Source: a virus. Taken from it: DNA of 64,000 nucleotides. The position numbers and the translations under genes are program-made. Shown here piece after piece: positions 30,195-40,380 of the stretch (its first letter is position 1; every line of letters starts with the position of its first letter). Under the pieces are notes generated by a model. That model did no database searches and was not told the DNA's origin. It was given only the letters and a program-made list of their open reading frames with translations. The stretch is from positions 1-64,000 of the IMG/VR virus record IMGVR_UViG_3300025009_000004. The stretch is one strand, 5' to 3'.

Positions 30195-30284
30195 AAAGAA
30201 AAACGCCCTAAAGATTTACGGTCTTTAGAGCGCCATAGGTTGCTACACAATGACTATCTTAACACAAATCCCATTGCATGTCAA
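30195..30284 (-). ncRNA. Candidate antisense (countertranscript) RNA with its promoter and terminator
   Basis: Minus-strand TTGACA(30284-30279)-N17-TAAGAT(30261-30256); 12-bp hairpin 30203-30233 followed by a U tract. Confidence 0.6.
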
Positions 30285-32055
30285 TAGGGAATCAATAAAA
30301 AACTTCATAAATAAAATAAATTTATCCGAATCCCGGATTCAGTTTCAGCATGGAATTGGCTCAAACATCACTGGCGCTTGGGCTGAACCGCTATCTGATT
30401 CTCTTTTCCTTCGCATGGATAAAGCTCAATCGAATGGCGAGGGCGTTTATCTTATTCCTAACAAAACAACATCACGCAAACAAAACGATGTCTTAGATTA
30501 TTCTAATCTATTCTTCGATATCGATCTTAAAGATAATCCAACATACAAATCAGGCGCCGATATATCCAATGTGCTTATTAAATATGCATCTTCTAATTCA
30601 TGTCCGATCAGATTAAACTGTATAGCTAATTCGGTTGGCGGCCCGCATGGATATATTCAAGTTACAGACCTATCTAAAACTTCATACAAGGACGTTTGGA
30701 GTGCCGTTGCCAATATAATCCGATTCGACACCGGCTTAATTTTAGATAGGGCTGTATCAACGCCTAATCACCCAATACGTTTGCCTGGATCTTTCCATAA
30801 CAAGGACATTAACAATCCAGTTGAAGTTACATTGGTTAACTTTAATAACCAACCGATGGTTAAAGATGAAATATTTGAATCTTTAACTTCCAGATTTATC
30901 CAATCTGAAAATAGCAGCAAAAATGCACCTTTAAAAAAAACCAACAATAATAATGAAAGTAATACCCCTTTCTCCCCATCTCCTGTATCTATATCTACAT
31001 ATATATCTTATATACAAGATAATATAATAGAAGACATAGAATATAATAAGATAAGAGATAAGTATATGTTTAAGAGTAATCAAGATTTATTTTTATATAT
31101 TAATAGTCTTGATATGAATGATATGTTTGACTTGGGCGCGTCTAAGTCGGTTAAGTGCATCTTCCATGAAGATAGAAAAGAAAGCGCAGTTGTTTATCGC
31201 GGAGCTGATGATAATAGTTGGCTTTATTATTGTCATAGCAGTAATTGCGCTGTGCATGGTAGAGCCTTAAATAATATACAGATGATTTGCAAGTTATGTA
31301 ATGTGGGCGTATCTGATTTCGTTAAACAGCTATGCTCTGCGGTTAAAATATTTACAGGTAATGAAGAATACTATCGTGAGATTAATAAACTTATAGGCAA
31401 CCAGAATACATGGTTTGATTTAAACGGTGCTGATTATCCTGCTATTAATAAATTACTGAGAAAGAATAGAAGTTCGATACATGATTTGATTAAATATCAA
31501 CTCGATAAATCACAGCCAGTTGAGTTATATTATAAGGGCAAAGCGCTTACATTCTTGTCGAATAGATATTTCGGTTCGATTATAGGCAAAGATAAAGGCA
31601 CAGCGAATAGATTGTTTAATCTGCTTGGCCAACTTGGATTAATTCAGAAGGTATTTATTGAGAATGTACCTACATCTTTCGCTGAAACATCAAAAGAATT
31701 AGCGCAGCAGTTTATAGGACATAACGAGATCAGTTACTATGTTATGCCAGAATATAACGAACAAACACTTAAACAAGCAGAGGCAATAGCGCGTAAACTA
31801 ATAAATTGCACAGTAACAGTATCGACGTTATCGTGCAAATCTATTGTTAATAACCTTGGAATCGAAGCTGCAAAGAGAACATATGTAATTGATGATGATG
31901 TCAAATGTATGTTCTATAATCAAGATACAGGCGAAGAGTTCTTCTTTATAACACAAGGTAAGGCAATGTTTCCTGTGGTATTTGATAATTTTAAGGTAAA
32001 GGAGTTGAATGAAGAGTTTGATAAAGAAAGATATTTAAGAGCGGGGCCTGAATAA
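30250..32055 (+). CDS. RepB-primase-like replication protein with CHC2 zinc finger and HTH-like C-terminus
   Basis: GVYLIPN, FFDID, SVGGPHGY, RLPGSFH.KD; CIFHED...CHSSNC; FLSNRYF..IIG.DKGTANR. Confidence 0.75.
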   Translation: MTILTQIPLHVNRESIKNFINKINLSESRIQFQHGIGSNITGAWAEPLSDSLFLRMDKAQSNGEGVYLIPNKTTSRKQNDVLDYSNLFFDIDLKDNPTYKSGADISNVLIKYASSNSCPIRLNCIANSVGGPHGYIQVTDLSKTSYKDVWSAVANIIRFDTGLILDRAVSTPNHPIRLPGSFHNKDINNPVEVTLVNFNNQPMVKDEIFESLTSRFIQSENSSKNAPLKKTNNNNESNTPFSPSPVSISTYISYIQDNIIEDIEYNKIRDKYMFKSNQDLFLYINSLDMNDMFDLGASKSVKCIFHEDRKESAVVYRGADDNSWLYYCHSSNCAVHGRALNNIQMICKLCNVGVSDFVKQLCSAVKIFTGNEEYYREINKLIGNQNTWFDLNGADYPAINKLLRKNRSSIHDLIKYQLDKSQPVELYYKGKALTFLSNRYFGSIIGKDKGTANRLFNLLGQLGLIQKVFIENVPTSFAETSKELAQQFIGHNEISYYVMPEYNEQTLKQAEAIARKLINCTVTVSTLSCKSIVNNLGIEAAKRTYVIDDDVKCMFYNQDTGEEFFFITQGKAMFPVVFDNFKVKELNEEFDKERYLRAGPE

Positions 32056-33037
32056 AATAACAAGGAGAAGCAATATGAAACATAAATTAATATTAACCAA
32101 CGCGATATTAGAACAGGCAAATGCTTGTTTTGATGGCATAATATGGGTCAGAGCATTAATGAAAAAATATCGTAAATCATGGTTGTCATTTTATGCAACG
32201 TATAAGAAAGCACCAGATCATTATAAAGCATGGGCGTTACACAAAATTTCACCAAAATATACAGAATGGATATTATCACATGAAACACCAAACAGAATAG
32301 CGGAGTTATTAACAACTAAACTTGTTCCATCATCGGATAATTCTGGGAAAGCATTAAATAATATTATGTGTCCCCACAACTCTGAAGAACAAATCACAAA
32401 GATTATAAAGGATTATATTGTCAAACAAGGATGGTAATCACCTATATTCCTAATTATGGATACAATTTAAAAGTAGATAAGGAGTAATCATGGGAATAAT
32501 TAAAGATATCAAAAAAATAATAACAGAATATAGAGAAAACGAATCATTCGATAAGATTGATCTATGCAATTGGCTACAAGATTATATTGATAAGTATGCA
32601 AAACAGCGAGTCAAATATGCCACTGATTATCAAAAAGACAATGTCGAATCAACTCGCGAGTATTCAGCCAAATGGAAGAAAGATAACCCAGAAGAATATA
32701 AAACACAACAGAGAGAATATAAAAGAAAGGTTAATGGATATTATGAAAAACATAGCAAGGAAATACTTAGCAAAGCAGATGATAGTCTTAAAGATAATAG
32801 AGACGCTGAAATTATTGAAGTTGGAATAAAAGATGAAAAGGAGTCAAATGATGAATAAGAATGATATGCCTTTATTTCCATTAATTAGCGCATTGGCGGG
32901 ATATAGATTAATAGTTATTGACCCCAAGCAAATGCCTGGATTAAAGGAGGCTGATATAATGATTTCAAGAGGATTATATAATAAGATGAGAGATTTATGC
33001 CCTGCCGCATTTCCAGATAAAGAGGAGAAAAATAAAG

Positions 33038-34009
33038 ATGAAGTTAAAAAATAAATCATGGCAGGTTGATACGCATATTGTTCTAATGCCTGTATGCAAT
33101 GGAACGATACGCAAGATACTAAACGATAGGGTTAATAATAGGTTCACAGATATATATGTTCTGGATGTTGGGCCAGATTTCCATGACCCACAAGCAACAT
33201 ATGGCATAATTGAAAAGTATATGCGCTCTAATCAGAATATATTATGGGTTGACCATCATTTCGAGAATTGGAGCGAAGAAGCTAGATATAAATATAATGC
33301 TTCAAAGAATTTGATATTAGCTAACACAAGAAGTTGTGCAGAGATAGTTAAGAACATGAAGTTTGAAAAGTTATCTCGCAATCTTGTATGCTTCGGTACA
33401 GACGCAGATGGAATTATATCAGCAGCGTTATTATGTGCCGGCGACTTTCTTAACGATAGGCAGAAAGATAGATTAACTGATATAGCTATCAAATGCGATA
33501 CTGCGTCATTCTATAGCGACCAGTTAGCAACTAACTTTCATAAGGCAGTATATATAACAAGACTTAATGGCACATCAATACAGTTACTTGAACTTATGGT
33601 TAATTTAGCTAAGGCTAATTTTGCTAAAGGCAAGATTTACAAAGAACTCATGGCAACAGTAGATAAGTATGATGAAGTAATAGCGCCGGCCAATAGAAAG
33701 ATAACAAGCGGTCAGGATGTATTACTTATCAGCGACGTTAACAATACCAACGTTATTGTTTTTAACTCTGATAATGTATGTAATGCTGATCTAACATATA
33801 TATTTAGTAGATGTTATAACTATGGATATAAAATTGCTATCGTCGAGAACTCAACATTTATAAGAGTAGCAAGTAATACTTATGATTTGAAAGCTTTATT
33901 TAAATTAGATCATGGAATGAAATATAAAATACAGCTACCGAAAAAAGAATGGAAACTAAAAGATGTTTATGAAATATGTAAAAGGAGAGTAAACTATTAT
34001 GAATTATAA
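33038..34009 (+). CDS. DHH-family phosphoesterase with permuted motif order
   Basis: YVLDVG, WVDHH, then TDADGIISA. Confidence 0.6.
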   Translation: MKLKNKSWQVDTHIVLMPVCNGTIRKILNDRVNNRFTDIYVLDVGPDFHDPQATYGIIEKYMRSNQNILWVDHHFENWSEEARYKYNASKNLILANTRSCAEIVKNMKFEKLSRNLVCFGTDADGIISAALLCAGDFLNDRQKDRLTDIAIKCDTASFYSDQLATNFHKAVYITRLNGTSIQLLELMVNLAKANFAKGKIYKELMATVDKYDEVIAPANRKITSGQDVLLISDVNNTNVIVFNSDNVCNADLTYIFSRCYNYGYKIAIVENSTFIRVASNTYDLKALFKLDHGMKYKIQLPKKEWKLKDVYEICKRRVNYYEL

Positions 34010-36129
34010 AGTAAAATGTCCAGATTGTGAATGTGGACTTAGCCTTCAAGAGATTGTTGATGATAATAAATCTGATATATTAGACATGCTTGATAGCGAG
34101 ATTGAAGACGAAGCCACAGAAATGTTTAAAGAGTGGAGAAAAGAGGAAAAGATTGAACAGTTAGAATTTATAAAAGATAGCATTAAAGATTTGATAGACA
34201 AAGAGAAATATTTTACTAATGGCGATAAGATTGATTACAAAGAGGCACTTGTAAAAATAATGAAGGATAGTGAAGAATATGAAAAATGAAAACCTTGAGA
34301 TAATAAAAGACAAGATAAATGAATTAATAAAAGGATACCCAGGGCCGAGTAAACCATTAATTATAAAACACTTTCAGCCTGCATTTGATGCGTCCGAGCG
34401 CATGGCTGCGGAGATTGAAAATTTAAAAACTATTATTAAATCATGTGAAATTGGTGAGAAAGGAATGCGCGAAGAAATAGCAGACTATCGGGGTAAAATT
34501 GCCCGCCTCAAGGCAGAGCTTGAATCCTACCAAAAAATAATTAATCTTTGTGATTATTGTATAAAAGAATATCCTGAATGTGATGCGCCTAAAGAGATAG
34601 AGTTTTCTGGTGCCGATGGTATAATAAAATGTTCTGCTTTTAAAGATGGGCGTAACTTATGGAAAACAATACGCGATCTCAAGGCCGAGCTGGAACAGAG
34701 GCCGGGGATTATATATTGTAAGGAATGTTACAAACGAGGTTTGGTGCAGTGCCCTATGTGGGATTATAGTATCAACAAAACTTTTGACGAAAGAGTTAGT
34801 CAAACCGATGATGATTTTTATTGTGCCAACGGCGTAAAGAAAGAAAGCGAGGGAAAACGATGACAACCATTCTTCTAATAATGTTTTTATTAAGTTTTCC
34901 AGTGCATACGAATGACCAATCTGAGTATATAACCGTTAAATCAATCAATAAGCATATAGCTCTGATATCTTATCCAGATGGAAAATAAATAAAAATAATC
35001 ATTTCCAAAGAAGGAAGAATAATAAAAAGCGAGGGAGAGAGATGATAACAACACTTAAAGCGCATAATAAATGGTTATTAAAAAAACTAAATATGATTAG
35101 AGCCGAATATGGTGAGCCTTATGATATTTGTGGTGGACTAGAAATAAAAAACCCATTCTGGAGACTTATTGCTTTTGATAGCCAAAAAGTTAAATATAAA
35201 ATAATTATGGAAATATTATAATATTTTTATGATTATGGATTTGCTGGGAAACATGGGGAGCGATGCTCTTTCGAAAATGACACGAAAGCTAATACTATTT
35301 TTCTCGAATGTGGAGTTAAGGGTATATAAAGAAAGCGAGGATGAGAGATGAAAATGGTTTTTATAAGCATCACAGTAGTCGATGATGAAAAGAAAAAAGA
35401 ATGGTCATCTGTTAAAAAGATACCATATCATGCTGGTGATGTAAATCAAGTAAACTTTGCAAGGTTTGACAGGATAAATCAAGTGCTTTACTGTTCGCAA
35501 GAAGCATTTAGAGAAATCGTAGAAAAGGTTGAGAGCGAGGATGAGAAATGAAATATAGCATACGAAAATTGCATTGTAATATGACGCTCGACCAATGGCA
35601 CGATATAGAAAAATTTTATAACTCTATAACAAAAACATACGATATGTCTGTTGATGAGTGTTTGAAGACCGTTGGCCTTATTAGTATGAACGCGATAATA
35701 GTTGATGGCAAGCAAAGTCCATTAAACGAACAAGAGAAAGAATTTATAACTAATTTGTATGATGCCTATCGGAGGCGAAGAAAATAAATGAATAGATGTA
35801 TTGATTGCCAACGTCAATTAATTAAAGACCATCAAGAAACACATGCAGATAATTATAATCTATGCAATAAATGCTATAAGAAAAGATTTGGCATTGAGCG
35901 CAGATATATTTATCAAAAAGAATCTAAGCAAAAATATTATCGATGTGCTATATGCAATCAAACATTTCCAACAAATGGGACTAAGATAGGGAATGAATGT
36001 AGCGCATGTAAATCTAAGAAAAATCATAGAATAAACAAAGGAAAGATGAAGGAGGTTGAAGCAGCTAATAATAAACTTATAAAAAATTTATGAAACTTAT
36101 TGACAAAGATAAAATAAGGAGGTGCAAGC

Positions 36130-37305
36130 ATGCGAAAGGTAGTTCATGGCGGAGTTTATTTTAAACAAGAAACTAAAAACAGAATATTTGAATTAATGAA
36201 AGCCCAATGCTCCGCAATTCATTCTGCATTCCAAGCTATACATAAGTATGAACAGACGGGGAACGCAGTCAAGAAGTATGTTAAAATAAACTTTATGAAA
36301 TATCTAAATCAACGCTATGTTTCAGATGCTTGCACCGTTGCCTCTAGCATTATATCAGAACATGTACTGTTTGGCGGAAAGAGAACATGGGAAGAACTCC
36401 AAACGGGCAGAATTACTAAAGAACAATGGCTTCAAAAGCGAAACAGTCAGTTATTTTCACAAGGTGATGCAGCCAAGGATGGAAATCCTAACATCAGAAT
36501 TAAGGGAAACAAAATATATGTAAACGACCCTGCCATAAGAGGCAAGTGGCTAGAAGGCTCTGTGTTTATTCCTATTAAGTTTAAAGGATGGATTTCACAG
36601 TGCTATAATGCTCGTCTTATCTATAAAAATAATAAATTTAAGATAGTGATTTCATTTGAGGTCGAAACCCCCGAATTAATAATCACTTCTAAAAAGCAAG
36701 GCGTTATCGGGATAGACACTAACCCAGATCAGCTTGCAGTTTCTGAAACCAACAAAGATGGCAACCTTATCAATCATTATTCCTCCAAACTCCAAAGGAT
36801 TCAATTTGCTCGAAAGGAAAAGCGGGACTATGACGTTCAAGTAGCGGCCAAGAACATAGTAAATAGCGCCATTGATAAAGGAAAACCTATAGTTATAGAA
36901 AAATTAAACTTTAAAAAAGATAATAAAGGAACAAAGAAATTTAAGAGAATGAAACATAATTTCCTTTATCGTAAATTAACAGAAGCAATTAAGACTCAAG
37001 CCGCTAAACATGGCGTATTAGTAGAAGAAGTTAATCCAGCGTTTACAAGTATATTAGGTCAACTCAAATACCGAGGAATGCTCTCGTTGAGTTCTCATGA
37101 ATCTGCTGCGTTAGTGATAGCGCGTAGGGGAATGGGTTTTAGAGAACGGCAAACTTTTAATATAACTAAAGACCCCAAGAAATCGGGATATTGGAACCTT
37201 GAAGGAAGAAAATATTCGAAGAGTATTGGAACAAAAGCTTTAGATTATTTGAAAGATTGTTTCCTCAAGCCTCCGCTCACTGCGGTTGATTTGGTCCCGT
37301 TGTAA
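36130..37305 (+). CDS. tnpB: TnpB-related RuvC protein (divergent, no zinc finger)
   Basis: GIDTNP, VIEKL, VNPAFTS, HESAALVIARR. Confidence 0.8.
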   Translation: MRKVVHGGVYFKQETKNRIFELMKAQCSAIHSAFQAIHKYEQTGNAVKKYVKINFMKYLNQRYVSDACTVASSIISEHVLFGGKRTWEELQTGRITKEQWLQKRNSQLFSQGDAAKDGNPNIRIKGNKIYVNDPAIRGKWLEGSVFIPIKFKGWISQCYNARLIYKNNKFKIVISFEVETPELIITSKKQGVIGIDTNPDQLAVSETNKDGNLINHYSSKLQRIQFARKEKRDYDVQVAAKNIVNSAIDKGKPIVIEKLNFKKDNKGTKKFKRMKHNFLYRKLTEAIKTQAAKHGVLVEEVNPAFTSILGQLKYRGMLSLSSHESAALVIARRGMGFRERQTFNITKDPKKSGYWNLEGRKYSKSIGTKALDYLKDCFLKPPLTAVDLVPL

Positions 37306-37493
37306 TTGACGGCATATAATCATAATCCGGTGTCGCAAAGCCGGAGGGTAGTCGTGGATGAGAATTGGTCGTCCGTGCGGTGGAATCTGATCTATAGCAA
37401 TAAAGGTATAACAGAATGGGCTCCACGTCAGGAGAAAGAAAGGTCTCCTTCCAAATGTATAAGATTAAGTTTTTATATGTTTGGTAAACCAGG
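37270..37493 (+). ncRNA. Candidate omegaRNA/reRNA scaffold
   Basis: GC-rich hairpins (CCGG..CCGG, GGAGA..TCTCC) overlapping the tnpB 3' end up to the element boundary. Confidence 0.5.
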
Positions 37494-37688
37494 TATGGAA
37501 ATGGATATATTATAAACTTGAAGACAATAATAGATCGGCATTATATAGTCTCAAAGAGGATATAACCGATATATTATTAAACTTTACTGAGTAGGAGGCG
37601 AATGTGATTGGAATATTACTATTAGCTATAGTAGTTATTATGGACAGTCTATTTGGAAGGAGAAGTTAAAAAAATAATAAGAAAGTTC

Positions 37689-37717
37689 TTGACGTTTAGA
37701 AACATCTATGGTAAAAT
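37689..37717 (+). promoter_or_regulatory. sigma70/sigmaA-type promoter upstream of the replication operon
   Basis: TTGACG-N17-TAAAAT with TG extension. Confidence 0.75.
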
Positions 37718-37757
37718 ATGATTAATGGAGGCAAATCAATGACAGGAGGAAAGCAAA

Positions 37758-37946
37758 GTGCAAGTAAATATTAAGATACCGGAAGACGATAACACAAGCA
37801 ATGCGGTATGTTTAAGGTTTGACGTAATTGCGAAAGCAATGCAGTTAAGCAAACAACAGGCAGTCATTCAGGCGCTTAATGAGTTTAATATAACTCACGC
37901 CAATGTATTAAACGACATGGCTTATCAGATACCAGAAACAAAATAA
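37758..37946 (+). CDS. Small RHH-like protein
   Basis: Strand QVNIKI, helices ...LSKQQAVIQALNEF; AGGAGG RBS. Confidence 0.45.
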   Translation: MQVNIKIPEDDNTSNAVCLRFDVIAKAMQLSKQQAVIQALNEFNITHANVLNDMAYQIPETK

Positions 37947-37955
37947 CTAAATATC

Positions 37956-39098
37956 ATGAAAAGTTATAAAACAGAAATAAAATTAAATAATGAACAAAAA
38001 GAACAATTTCTAAAAACTATAGGAACTTGTCGATTTGTATATAATCTTTTTATTGATATCAATAAAGAGCGTTATGAATATGGCCAGCCTTTTATGTCTG
38101 GGATGTCTTTTTCAAAATGGCTAAACAGTCAATACATTCCAAATAGTCCAGACAAACAATGGATTAAAGAAGTTTCGAGTAAATCTGTAAAACAAAGCAT
38201 AGTGAATGCAGAGAAAGCATATAAAGCATTCTTAAAAACAAAGAAAGGATTTCCGAGATTTAAAAGTCGTAAAAGCAGCATGAATATGTATTTTGTTAAA
38301 ACAGATAACAAACAACCAATAATTTGTAAGCGACATAAAATAAAAATTCCAACTTTGGGATGGGTTCGACTAAAAGAATATGGATATATCCCTGTTTCCG
38401 AAGATATAACAAGTGGCAATATTTCAATGAAAGCAGGGAGGTTTTATGTTGCCGTTGTAACTCATGAAGAACATAAAATACAGAATAATAATACTAATAC
38501 TGGAATAGGAATTGATCTAGGCATAAAAGAATTAGCCGTACTATCGAATGGCAAGACTTTTAAAAACATTAACAAAACAATAGCCATTAAGAAACTTAAT
38601 AAGAAATTAAAAAGAGAACAGCGCAAACTTTCAAAGAAATATGAAAACAAGAAAAAGGGAGCAACTTTAGGAAGCAACTTTAATAAACAGTTATTAAGGA
38701 TTCGAATAATTTATAAAACTATAACAAACATAAAGCAAGACTATCAGTATAAAGTTGTGAATGAGATAGTGAGAACCAAGCCATCTTATATTACAATTGA
38801 AAATCTTAACATTAAAGGCATGATGAAGAATCGGCATTTATCAAGGGCTATTTCGCAACAAGGGCTTTACGGATTTATTCAAAAATTAAAATTTAAAGCC
38901 TATCTCAACGGAATAGAAATAAGACAGGTTGACAGATTTTACCCATCTTCTAAATTGTGCAGTAATTGTGGCAAAATAAAGAAAGATTTAAATCTTTCAG
39001 ATAGGATTTACAAATGTGAATGTGGGTTAATTATTGACCGTGATTTGAACGCGGCGATTAATTTACAACAAGCAACCGATTATAAGATTGCATGTTAA
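37956..39098 (+). CDS. tnpB: RNA-guided endonuclease TnpB (IS607/IS200-IS605 type)
   Basis: N-terminal GTCRFVYN, RuvC GIDLG / IENL / DRDLNAAINL, zinc finger CSNC..CEC. Confidence 0.95.
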   Translation: MKSYKTEIKLNNEQKEQFLKTIGTCRFVYNLFIDINKERYEYGQPFMSGMSFSKWLNSQYIPNSPDKQWIKEVSSKSVKQSIVNAEKAYKAFLKTKKGFPRFKSRKSSMNMYFVKTDNKQPIICKRHKIKIPTLGWVRLKEYGYIPVSEDITSGNISMKAGRFYVAVVTHEEHKIQNNNTNTGIGIDLGIKELAVLSNGKTFKNINKTIAIKKLNKKLKREQRKLSKKYENKKKGATLGSNFNKQLLRIRIIYKTITNIKQDYQYKVVNEIVRTKPSYITIENLNIKGMMKNRHLSRAISQQGLYGFIQKLKFKAYLNGIEIRQVDRFYPSSKLCSNCGKIKKDLNLSDRIYKCECGLIIDRDLNAAINLQQATDYKIAC

Positions 39099-39099
39099 A

Positions 39100-39232
39100 G
39101 AAATCTTATAATCAAGTACCGATGGCTTGTCGGGAATTTACGCCTTTGGACTGTTATATCAAACTGTAGTAGCGATGCGAGGCAGGACAGGTTGAAGAAG
39201 GAATTATCTAAAAGTTAGCAAAGCTAACTTCA
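39100..39232 (+). ncRNA. Candidate omegaRNA scaffold of the second TnpB
   Basis: GTACCGATGGCTTGTCGGGAATTTACGCC...; paired CCTTT/GAAGG, CTGT/ACAG; terminal AAGTTAGC/GCTAACTT hairpin. Confidence 0.6.
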
Positions 39233-39249
39233 AAGGAGCAGCGAACTAA

Positions 39250-40371
39250 ATGAATTTCCAAATTAGAAAAGCGGAAAGAACTCAGGTATGTCCTAAAATA
39301 GCAATATCTGGCCCATCGGGTTCAGGTAAAACATTATCAGCACTAATGATAGCTTATGGCATTACAAAAGACTGGTCAAAGATACTCGTCATCGATACAG
39401 AAAATAGCTCATCAGAATTATATTCAAACGCAGACATCAAGGGCTTATCAAAAAAGATAGGTCAGTTCGATGTTATTCCTTTCGGTCCTCCGTATGCACC
39501 AGAAAGATATGTACAGGCGATTCAGTGCGCCGAACAGGGAAACTATCAGGTTGTAATACTTGATAGCCTTTCTCACTCATGGAATGGCACTGGTGGCGCT
39601 CTCGATAAAGTCAACAATTCGAACTCAAGTAACTCATATGCGGCATGGAAACAGGTAACGCCGATATTCCAGAGAATGATTGATGCGATACTTCAGTCAA
39701 AATGCACGATAATCTGCACCATGAGGGCAAAACAGGATTATGTTATGGAAACGAATGAAAAGGGCAAACAAGTTCCTCGTAAGGTTGGTATGGCCCCGAT
39801 TATCCGCGATGGCATTGAATATGAGTTTACTACTGTATTTGATATTAATCTTGACCATTACGGCTTTACTTCTAAAGATAGAACTGGCATGTTTGGCGGT
39901 CAGCTTATTATGGATGAAAGCATCGGCACAGCATTCGAACAGTGGAGAGTATCTGGCGCTCCCGTAAGAGCGGTCGAACAGACTCCAGTTCAGTATGCAC
40001 AGAACACATTCCAACAGCAGCCATATCAACAGCCGACTTATCAGCCACAGCCTCAGCAGTATGCACAGCCCGTTCAACCACAGTATGTTCAGCCCCCTGT
40101 AATTCAACAGCCTGTCGCTACTATGGCGCCTTTGCCAACCAATGTATCATCAGAAAGGTCATCGGCTATTAGCGAGTTAATGTCGTTGTTCGGACAGATC
40201 GGCGTATCTGATAACCAAGAAGCACAGAAATCTTTAATATCACAGGCAACTGGCATAACTGAAGTAATATTTAAAAAACTTGGTGTTGAGCGTATAAGAG
40301 CAACATCAGATTTTATAAAACGTCAGAATGCACAGCCTGTAAACAATAGTGATCCTAAAGTATTATTTTAA
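39250..40371 (+). CDS. AAA_24 / Sak4-like ATPase (single-strand annealing)
   Basis: GPSGSGKT, VIDTEN, ILDSLSH, EYEFT; Q/P-rich linker. Confidence 0.85.
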   Translation: MNFQIRKAERTQVCPKIAISGPSGSGKTLSALMIAYGITKDWSKILVIDTENSSSELYSNADIKGLSKKIGQFDVIPFGPPYAPERYVQAIQCAEQGNYQVVILDSLSHSWNGTGGALDKVNNSNSSNSYAAWKQVTPIFQRMIDAILQSKCTIICTMRAKQDYVMETNEKGKQVPRKVGMAPIIRDGIEYEFTTVFDINLDHYGFTSKDRTGMFGGQLIMDESIGTAFEQWRVSGAPVRAVEQTPVQYAQNTFQQQPYQQPTYQPQPQQYAQPVQPQYVQPPVIQQPVATMAPLPTNVSSERSSAISELMSLFGQIGVSDNQEAQKSLISQATGITEVIFKKLGVERIRATSDFIKRQNAQPVNNSDPKVLF

Positions 40372-40380
40372 GGGGAACAA

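Larger units (their letters stand above)
36056..37493 (+). mobile_element. Non-autonomous IS607-like element (tnpB only)
   Basis: AGGT at both junctions, AAACTTAT-like repeats at the left end, structured right end, no TnpA. Confidence 0.65.
35788..37594 (+). pseudogene. Zinc-finger gene interrupted by an IS607-like element
   Basis: Joining 36055 to 37494 restores the frame ...KMKEVWKWIYYKLEDNNRS...NFTE-stop. Confidence 0.6.

Noticed and set aside
37306-37515. 69-aa ORF downstream of the first tnpB
   Set aside because: Overlaps the predicted omegaRNA, crosses the element boundary and has no RBS.
36056-39232. Cas12 effectors or IStron
   Set aside because: No adjacent array, and the left ends are too short to hold a group I intron.
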